The translations under genes and the position numbers were made by a program. Shown in pieces: positions 55,077 to 64,000 of a stretch of 64,000 nt of DNA. Where the stretch lies: contig NC_134025.1 in the NCBI RefSeq assembly GCF_964204645.1, positions 26,888,299 through 26,952,298 of the forward strand. Reading direction: 5' to 3'. The first letter of the stretch is position 1. Each line of letters begins with the position of its first letter. The DNA comes from Tubulanus polymorphus (Eukaryota; Animalia; Nemertea). Below the pieces are notes generated by a model. That model was not told the DNA's origin. It did no database searches and saw only the letters and a program-made list of their open reading frames with translations.

Positions 55077-58000
55077 CTAAATCTCTGAATGACTGAATAT
55101 TGCTACTGGGAAATGTTTGATGTGAGTTTGCCATTGAGATGATAGCTGAAAAAACTTGACACCTGCCCAGTCAATACCATCTATTTTCACTGCAAAAGAA
55201 GAGGAAAAAATATCCATGAATGTTTGCGCACAGAACTATTACAACATTCAAAGGACAAAATTCCTAATAGAATTGATGAAATATCTGTTACCTTTCAGTG
55301 GGTTACTTTGAGACTTTGAAGTACATATAAGTCGGTTAATACCATCAATCACCTGACTCTTAGATTCACTTTCTTTTGATTTTTTGCCAATGCGCATAAC
55401 TGAAAATACGAACATCGAAGCATACAATAAATACACATTTATCGATTTATCTGGTTGAATCCTGAAATTCGATATCCTGGAATATGTTATGTGAAAAAGA
55501 TTGTAAACGAAATGTAATGTGAGCTGAGAAATAAGTCTCAGGCATTATGCGATATCCGTTGAAATATGGATCAAATGGCCATTGACTGCCACCAAATTGT
55601 TTACATTCTAATCTGCCTCCTGAAAATATCCCAGGCTTTTATGTGTTTTTGCATAACTTCATTAACTTTCAAAGTTATGCTGGTTCAGCAAGCAAACAAA
55701 ACTACCCATTTGACAACCATGCATATTTCACTGAAATCAATTAAAACCCCTGAAGACTTTTCATTCAAATGAGACAAAATTTCCCATTACCAATACACAG
55801 CAGTCTCCTATTATTGTGTCTGAATAACCTCATCAAAATTGGGATGCTGATAAAAGTAGCTTCATTCTGCCCCTCCTAACTGAATCAAGCAAGACTATCT
55901 CAATCGAGTTTACCTTCTGGAGAAATATCTATGTAGGGTTTACACATATTCCCAATCAAACAGGTTGCTGAAGTTATCACAGAAAATAAAACTTTTCACG
56001 ATTAGGAAAATCTTTCATACAAATAGCTTTTGCAAAAACGAATATTCTGTACAAATAACTGGATTTTTCCTGAAATAAATAGGGCATATCAATGACACCA
56101 TAACCAATTCCTAATGCACGGTTCCCCTGGTTAAAATTCAACTTTAATAACCTCACTACTTAATGAACACTGAAATAATTTGGATGACCTTAACCATGAA
56201 AATAGGGAAGGTTCCAGGCACAAGTAGTAAGGGTTTTTTAATGGATTAAGTGAGAATAACGTCCAACATGACACACATACCACTGAATGGTATAATGTAG
56301 GTAAATATGTTAGCAAGCTATAAGTGCATTGAGCATATATGTGCCTTAAATGGACGGTTATGAGGAAGAATAATGTACCATTAATATAATATACAAATAT
56401 GTACCTGCTGGAAGTGGTCCTTTTCCAAATTGCACTGTGGGGAAAATGTATAATATGTTTAAGCCTAAATGTATCGTATTCATTGATGCATTTTTGTTAA
56501 TGATTATAAGCAGGCTAGCAGTTTTGAGTGAGCTCTGTAAACATATCGTCAACTGCTTTGGGGATCGAATGACATATCCATAGTTAATCAAATCATACTA
56601 CGCTAAAAACAATACGAGAAAAGGTCATCGTTTCTAACACAGGCTGATATACTTACTTTTCTGCTTTTTCTCTTTTGCGATGACCATCATGACCATGCTT
56701 GAGCTAGATAAATCTGATCCAGCTTGAGGTAAACGGAACACTTGCACACACTTGAACGCGGTTTTCAACGATGATTTTGAGCTGTCTTTCTTACTCTTAT
56801 CTTTGTCTTTTTCTTTTTCGCTTTGGTCATATTTCGGTGTGACAGACCAATAGTCTAGCTGTAGATCCATATACTCATGACTTCCGGTAGGAGTACTGGG
56901 TGAACCTTGACTGAAATTTGAGATATCCAGTTCAATTGATGCCAACCAAACATGCACCGTAAACATTTCAATGAACATATAAATAATAAACTCTTATTTA
57001 TTGATACCTTGTAGATGCAACCACATTATTGATACTCGGGGAATTTGGAGGTGTATGCTCCTTTGTATCCTTTGCTTTTTCCATATAACTTGTATTCGGT
57101 GGTGATCCAGATGGCCCCGGTGAAGTGACTGTTGCCTCATCAAAATCCACTAAAAATAGATAAAATTATCTTAGCCGAAGTTGTAATTTTACCAAACAAA
57201 ACTTTATTGAAAATAGATAAAACCTACCAGAAGTTGACTGGCTAAGATCAGTAGGTCCTATTCTTACTTCCTGGAATGTAAGATTATTTCAAATTCAAGC
57301 CTATAATTGATATTGTACTGTCATATCATAGATTACTTTGATCCAACTTACATTAAGGAATGGTATGAATATCTGGGAAGACTCATCATCCGTGCTGAAA
57401 TTAACAATACACATTCAATACTCAATTCTACATCATAATGTATAAGTATTGCACCGATGAGAGAAACGTACCTCTTTTCTTTATATGTTACCATTGCTTC
57501 GGCAATAGGGAGCTGTAGAAGGGTACCAGCACTCGATAGGTAGCGTTTTATTCTGTTCACTATCTCAAACATTTCTATACATGAGCATAACATATAATTA
57601 CTGGAATGATGTCTTGAGTACATTGTAGTAAGAACTAAAAGATCTTTGGTTATTTCACCTGTTTTCTGATTGTCCGACTTGTCAAACGCATCTTTCCATA
57701 AAGCATCGCCGAATAGTGTGTGATATTGGTTGTCAAAGGCCGAGATAAACTTTCCTATTAAACTAGCACCTATATATCAGACGGATATACAAAACCACAC
57801 GATCATAAATTCTGTACGTGTAAGACATAAAAATCAATGAACAGCAGTAAAATATATGCCAAACTCACCAACAGGGACAATATAGAATCGAATGTAACTT
57901 TGCCAATCTGGTGATTTGGATGAAAACTGCTCCACATAGGGTCGTAATACTGAATTGATGAATCCATCTCCACCTATTATACAGATCTTTACAGGAGCTG

Positions 58001-61000
58001 GAGTTTTGGAATTAGTATTACAACTGAAATGTACACGAACAGTGAACAGTATAAAATCAAGACTTTTACTGAACGTTGAATTCACCAATGAGTCGAGGGG
58101 TCGCTTACTATTTTTGTAACTTGGTAACGAAATGCGAGACAGTAGCTTTTACATCGGCTTTTGAGCAAGCGCAAATAACTTTGAACTGTGCCTCTTGTAA
58201 TTTCTGGGCAAGCAGCTGAAATTATGAGAAAAGGCGTTGCATATACCGAATGCATTTATTCTAAACTCGTCTGATTATCAGTCCGAGTCTGAGCGTGTTA
58301 ATAGAACCATAGAAAGAGAGTCTTCATCTTCAATAGTTGATGAAATAGGTGATTTAAATGACCGAGACGATTCATACATATTAATACATGCAATATTTCA
58401 CTGCATACGAGACCTCGCTGACACATCTGATGAAATCTATTCGATGCATCTAACACCTATTCTTCAGGACTTGATGCGCGAATAGAACTTTCTAAATAAC
58501 TAATACGGTACCCTGGAGAAGTATCAAGCAGATCATAAATCATTAACCGTTTACTGTCTGCACTTTACGAACCTGTCCTACACCGTCTGCTGTGCTGACT
58601 AGAATGAAACTATCTGGAAGCTCATCGTCGTTCCCTAATACTGACTGTAACTGTTCCAGTAACACTTTCCGTGGCTGAAATATACAAACATACTCGCCAC
58701 ATTTACAAAAAAAAAAACTCTGATGAATTATTGAAATTTAATTAGTCTATCGTACAGCGCAATATTTTTGTAACTGATGCAAGCAGAATTGTTTGAAATT
58801 ATCCACGGTGAATTCGTAAGGATCCTTTTAAAAACGTATCTTCAATATTCAAGGCTTCAAAGTATAGACAAGATATACATCGTAGACTGCATACGCACAA
58901 CTGTTCCCTCACCAAGCATCCATCACCCAATCCAATCAATCCAAATCAAATCAAAATCAATAGTGAAGTGATGGATATTCTCAAATAAAATTACGGACAG
59001 TTGTTATCAAGTCACCCTAAGGGTAATCAGATAAACATATTGCACCTTCTACATTCTAAAATTGCAGATCCATTTCATCGACGTTCGGTAAGCATTTATA
59101 AGCAATAGTTTAAGCAATAGTTTACAAGATACCAACCCATATAATCCCGACTAATAAATATATGTACTATTTCATTATTTAGCAATATAGGCCTAACTAT
59201 TAACTATTTTTCTCTTCTAGGAAATTATAGACTCGATTCAATGTTACTGGAAGAGAGAAATAGGATAATGATCACATTAGGCAACGTTATTGCGTTTGGG
59301 TAGGTTTACTAAGAGAAAGGTTATCAGCTCGCTTGGTCGTTATTCGTCTATACGCATTGATGATGCCGCCCGATTCCCATCAAATTAATATTCATTGATT
59401 TCGCAATCTGGAAACTGAGTATCATGCATGAACAAAGATCATGCCTGTGATAAAATATCTACAGACGACAATTCCGATAAATCGATACCGTATTCTAATC
59501 AGTGGTCAATTGGAGAAAACCACACGTCCCTCCCAGATCGTTCGCTTTCTATTAATTCAGCAACAAAAATCAATTTCATTACAGGTCCATCTTAGTCGGG
59601 AAAATTCAGTGTAAAACTTATATTCAAAATCACATAGAAAGCTAGGACTGGAATGGATATTCAATCAACTTAGCTCGTACGCCTTGTGGCTGATCATTTT
59701 TTTTTCGAATAATTCGGTTACATTAGGCTAGTGTAGGGCAGTAATGAAATTAGATGGGTAGGTAGTAGAAGCCCACTAAAGCCGGAAGCTAATCAAAAGG
59801 ATTTCTCGCTTTAAATAAGGATATCAATATTTTTTACCTGCAGCAGATCATGCAGTACCGGGTTTAAGCTTAATTTGCGACGTTGCTCCGGCATATGCCA
59901 CAATTTACGAGATCTCTACACAGACAACATAGATAGCAGATTTTAAAATCAAGCCGATCAATGAAATTAATGAATTAGGAAAAATGCTTCAAAATCATCA
60001 TCAGCGACGATATGGAAAAATCATCCTTGTCAAAAAGTAATTCGTATAAACTCCCGAAAAAAGTAAATCTGAAGCAAAATTGAATGCGAAACACTATATT
60101 TCTTGTTTCCAGACTTTTGATGTACTTCCATAACAATTCACACTGGACATACGACTGTGTTGTCGACAGAAGAAGAATATGCATATTTTTCAAATTTGTA
60201 TACTAGGAAACAAAAAGATATGTCTCAATTTAGATATATGTAGCTTATTCTTCAAAAAGTACCTCCTGACTGACAGTTCTTTGAACAGTTGCTTTCTTTG
60301 CGTTCTTATATCCTATCTCCATAAGCAAGGCTTTGCATATGGATTTCGGAAAGGCCTGCATGCAAAATCCTTAGAGTAAGTTATTCATAAAACTAAAATT
60401 TACATATACAATAAACTGGAGGTGGTAATCAACTGAAGACACTAATCATAAGATTTCTGTGGACCATTCGCTAGAGAAAGGTGCAACCTTTTATTAGCCA
60501 TAGTAGGACATGTCTAAAAGAGCAACCAGTTCCCAACAGCAGTTTATTACTTACTTCAATACCTATAGATGTCTGAAGATTAGTCAAACATTGTATCATC
60601 ATAACAGCTCAATAAATAATGTTTTATGCATACTAGAGTTGATTTACCACGTAAAATTATTTAGACTAACATAAAATACCATCATGAATACACAGTATAT
60701 GATAGAATCAACAATATCAATTTATGGCCAAATGGAAACATTTCAACTGATAAAATGCTACTATGCACATATATTGATATGTATAATGTTACAGTTTAAA
60801 GAGGGAAGGCTCTGCTTTGTACCAGTTAGCTTCACTATTTTAGCAAACATTATCATATGCCACACAATAACCCCAAGGCACGAGTGCTTAAAAAAACCAA
60901 AAATCTCTTTGTTCCTTTGTGTGTTAGGCTCAGAACCCGGTGAAAACCTGAAGGAAATAAAACAATGAAATGCGCTTCCAGAAATCAATAACTCGCAACT

Positions 61001-63267
61001 CTCTTGCGCACATCGCCTAAATCCAATATTGCGGAAACATCCATGATGGTTAATATGAAAAGAAAGAGACCATTGCGCCATCCAAAACAATGCCAGTTAC
61101 TGGAAAGTATGAATATAAAGTGCAATCATGACTAGTTTGTTGAAGCCATATCTTTTTAGTGTCAGCAAAATACTGCCATTTTTCACTATAGAAAGTCAGC
61201 TATGCAAACATCATTAGAGACCACAATTAATTTGTATTTGCTTAATGACCGTTTTTCTACGTAAGTGAAAAATGACTATAAAGTAGCATGAAAAAAGAGT
61301 AATGAATTAATGAATTCGGAGGTTAGGTGTGTTATTTTGTTTTGCTAATTATTTCAAAAGGGTTCTCACTCGTTCATTTTCAGTATTGTTGGTAGTCACT
61401 TGAGCTGGACCCCGCAGACATGCAATCTAAACATATACGTAGAACACACTTAAAAATAAACAGCAACGAAACATCAAAGCAAACATAAAACGTATAATAC
61501 AAAGACATAGGCCTACCAGGTTTTTGACAGATTTGGTGAATGGAAACAAGTGAGCAATTCATAGCATAAAGTGTATTATTCAAGATGACACAGTCATTTC
61601 AAAAACTCATTTCTCAGAACTGCTGTCACAACATAAAATGTCTAGATATTTTTATTTTCTCGTGAACTTTCAGGTGATGTGATTATTGAGTAATCGACCA
61701 GTGATCATGAAATGAATTTCTCCTACGTAGTGGAATAGAGAAATCATTAAGACAAACTGAACTAGCGAGGTATTAAGGAAGTTCTCTCCTTTTTGGTTCA
61801 AAAACATCCATCAGCTTTCTGAAGATAGGCACAATCAATTAATTAAAGAACGGACAAAATCAAAATGAAGAATAGAAGTAAGATGAGTAATAAATCTCTT
61901 TAGGGAAACCCTAACAAATGCAAAATGCTTCCAAAGAAATTTTCAATTGGTAAAATAGAATTTGATGAATGATCAGTAAGACATCAGACACATTAAAGTT
62001 ATTGTTTAGTCTATATTTAGCTCTATCTAACTTTGAGTTATAAATACTTGTTCAAATGTTGATTCAATGTGAGTAATGAGTGAGCTAATTCTCCAGATCA
62101 GAATGTGGTCTTACAAACAGGACATATAAAAAGCATTATTAGGAAATAAAGATTTCAAGCCGCCGCTTTCGAGAATTCTAGGATATTAATAGAGCCTGAC
62201 AAAAATCGAAACGACACTAGATCAAACTACAGCTTAAAAAGCAGAATAGAGAAAGCTTTCTAGCCGAGGCTCTTCAAAGACAACAACGATAGTAATGTAA
62301 TAATACTAACCATTCCTTCCACATTACCAAAACTGTTTCTTCTTTCTTTCGTTTCCTTTTTCACTTTTTTCTCCTTCAGAGAAATACTGCGATCCCTCGT
62401 GAATAACGGCACCGCCGTGGTTTTATTGTTATCGGGTTTTTTCGATTCGTCTTGCGGGGGACTCCCCGGCATCGCTTGTTGTTGCGGGTCCGAATGCTCG
62501 TGATCGGTCAGATTTTCCGGATGACTGTCAGAGTCATTGCGTTTTGAGCTTTCGTCGCTATACCGCGATGATTCCTGAAAAAACGCACACGTATGATAAA
62601 TATCAATAAACACATTCATCTATTAAATGAAAAAGAAAGAACTGGGTACTGTAAGAATAAATTTCGTACATTACTCACTCTTGATGGTATGTCATGGACA
62701 TCTAAACCACTCGTTTGTGTGGTGAAAAAAGGTCTGAAAAGTAATTTTATTCGATACGTGACCAGAAATCTTTTTCAGTTAATGACATGTAAATTATTAA
62801 TGTATATTCAAACCTGAGACTAGGTTTAGGTGTGGATAGAACACTCATTGTGTCCATTTCAGTTGTACTTCCTCCACTATCGCTGAGACCTTCGAGTTCG
62901 GCAAACAAAAGATCTTCGATTGCTTGCTGATTTTGCACCGAATCGGCCAGGTCCTGATCTTGTTCCGAGTCCAATACCTAAAATAGCAAGCGACGCAATT
63001 CGAAAATCAAAACTCAGACATTATCGACATTATTGCACTTTAATTTCTCCATGAAATCAATAGACCTAGTTCGCAATCTAATTTGCTTCGAATGAACAGC
63101 AATCAAGTTTATTGATGGAGAATTTAGAAGTTTTAATCATATCGAGTTGCGATGCACTCGACTTGCTCGAGAGTAGGAAGAGATATACTAGAAACACGTA
63201 GGCCTACCTCTTCAGAAAACTTCAATTTCCGCAATAAAGCCACGAATCTCTCCTTGATATTTCGTTG
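55077..63267 (-). CDS. PACS2: Phosphofurin acidic cluster sorting protein (PACS1/2 family), 3' portion; 5' exons lie beyond the window
   Basis: Frame-consistent exons (plus-strand coordinates): 63208-63267, 62814-62977, 62679-62733, 62311-62574, 58573-58674, 58109-58215, 57869-58023, 57659-57769, 57472-57574, 57352-57394, 57228-57270, 57008-57149, 56657-56910, 55292-55399, 55077-55189. Motifs: [127 protein letters not shown]. Probably a single invertebrate co-ortholog of PACS1/2. Confidence 0.95.
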
Positions 63268-63943
63268 CTGGAAGAAAATATTGAAAAGTTAGGTGAAAAA
63301 TTGATTACCGGATATAAAAAACATCGTTGTTTTTAGAATCCAATATTTATCAAACCGCCAACTGTTCAAATATTTCTCTTTTCTACAACACGCGCAAACA
63401 CGGTATTCGAAACGTTCCAAATATCGATTGATTTCGCGCAACTCTTGCGGGAGAAGTGATCGTAATCAACAACTTTACACATGACAAATTCTTAAATGAA
63501 TGGTATGATTAAAAGTTGTTTACAAATGGGGGAAGCATTAATAGTTCAGCAGACATAGATTAGACAAGAGGCGATCAATAGCATACCTTCCGTATCAAAA
63601 CCCATACAATATCATACATGATGATTGAATCAAATATCACTCATCAATACTGTTAAGTAGTTCAATTAACCGATTCAAAAGCAATTGAGTTAAACTCAAA
63701 ATGCTGTACATTACATGTGCCCTTCATTAACTAGTATTCAAGGAAATACTTTTGATTAGAGCAGCGCTTGACAATCGGAAATTTGTGCATCATAGACAGG
63801 GTGAATGTCGAAAAAATTCCAATTAAATATATCTGATTAATGCTCGCTTCATTGATTATTGCTTATTGCTAATTTGGTGTATGTTATTTAAAGAAGATGA
63901 CAGAGCTTATTATCTTCTCACTACGGTTAAATAAACTCTCTCC

Positions 63944-63944
<1 letters not shown>

Positions 63945-63977
<33 letters not shown>
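63945..63977. repeat. (TC)n microsatellite
   Basis: Direct reading; presumably in a PACS intron. Confidence 0.95.
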
Positions 63978-63979
<2 letters not shown>

Positions 63980-64000
63980 AGCCGAGCGGACAGAAAATGA

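Noticed and set aside
60761-61090. 109-aa minus-strand ORF and strong acceptor (TTTCCTTCAG) inside the PACS intron
   Set aside because: In the phase required by the flanking exons it hits a stop after five codons, so it is not a coding cassette. A poison or terminal exon cannot be excluded.
1-64000. Prokaryotic-type systems (CRISPR arrays, operons, defence islands)
   Set aside because: The window is spliced eukaryotic DNA, and no regularly spaced repeat-spacer array or operon-like ORF packing is present.

Overview
Eukaryotic genomic DNA: AT-rich, with GT-AG introns that are mostly about 75-110 bp. The gene content fits a marine invertebrate, probably a lophotrochozoan, but the taxon is an inference. 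The first ~15 kb is essentially non-coding, with small repeat remnants and one orphan exon candidate. From left to right the window then holds: a 10-exon GPR158/GPR179-like class C GPCR (15986-33861, +, with a 12.2-kb first intron); a head-to-head pair of unrecognised 3-exon membrane-protein genes (37356-38761 -, 39729-40710 +); a rhodopsin-family peptide-receptor-like GPCR with an intronless CDS (-); a 2-exon CNPase (+); a 5'-truncated, frameshifted LINE that appears nested in an older inverted-repeat element; a PIF/Harbinger-type MITE; FAM50/XAP5 (+); and the 3' part of a PACS gene (-) that runs off the right edge. The most unusual item is the divergent gene pair. Both genes share intron phases and a Cys-cluster+TM exon, and both end in a GPI-signal-like hydrophobic tail, giving a possible tetherin-like dual-anchor topology. 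All gene models were spliced by hand and none has been checked against transcripts or databases.
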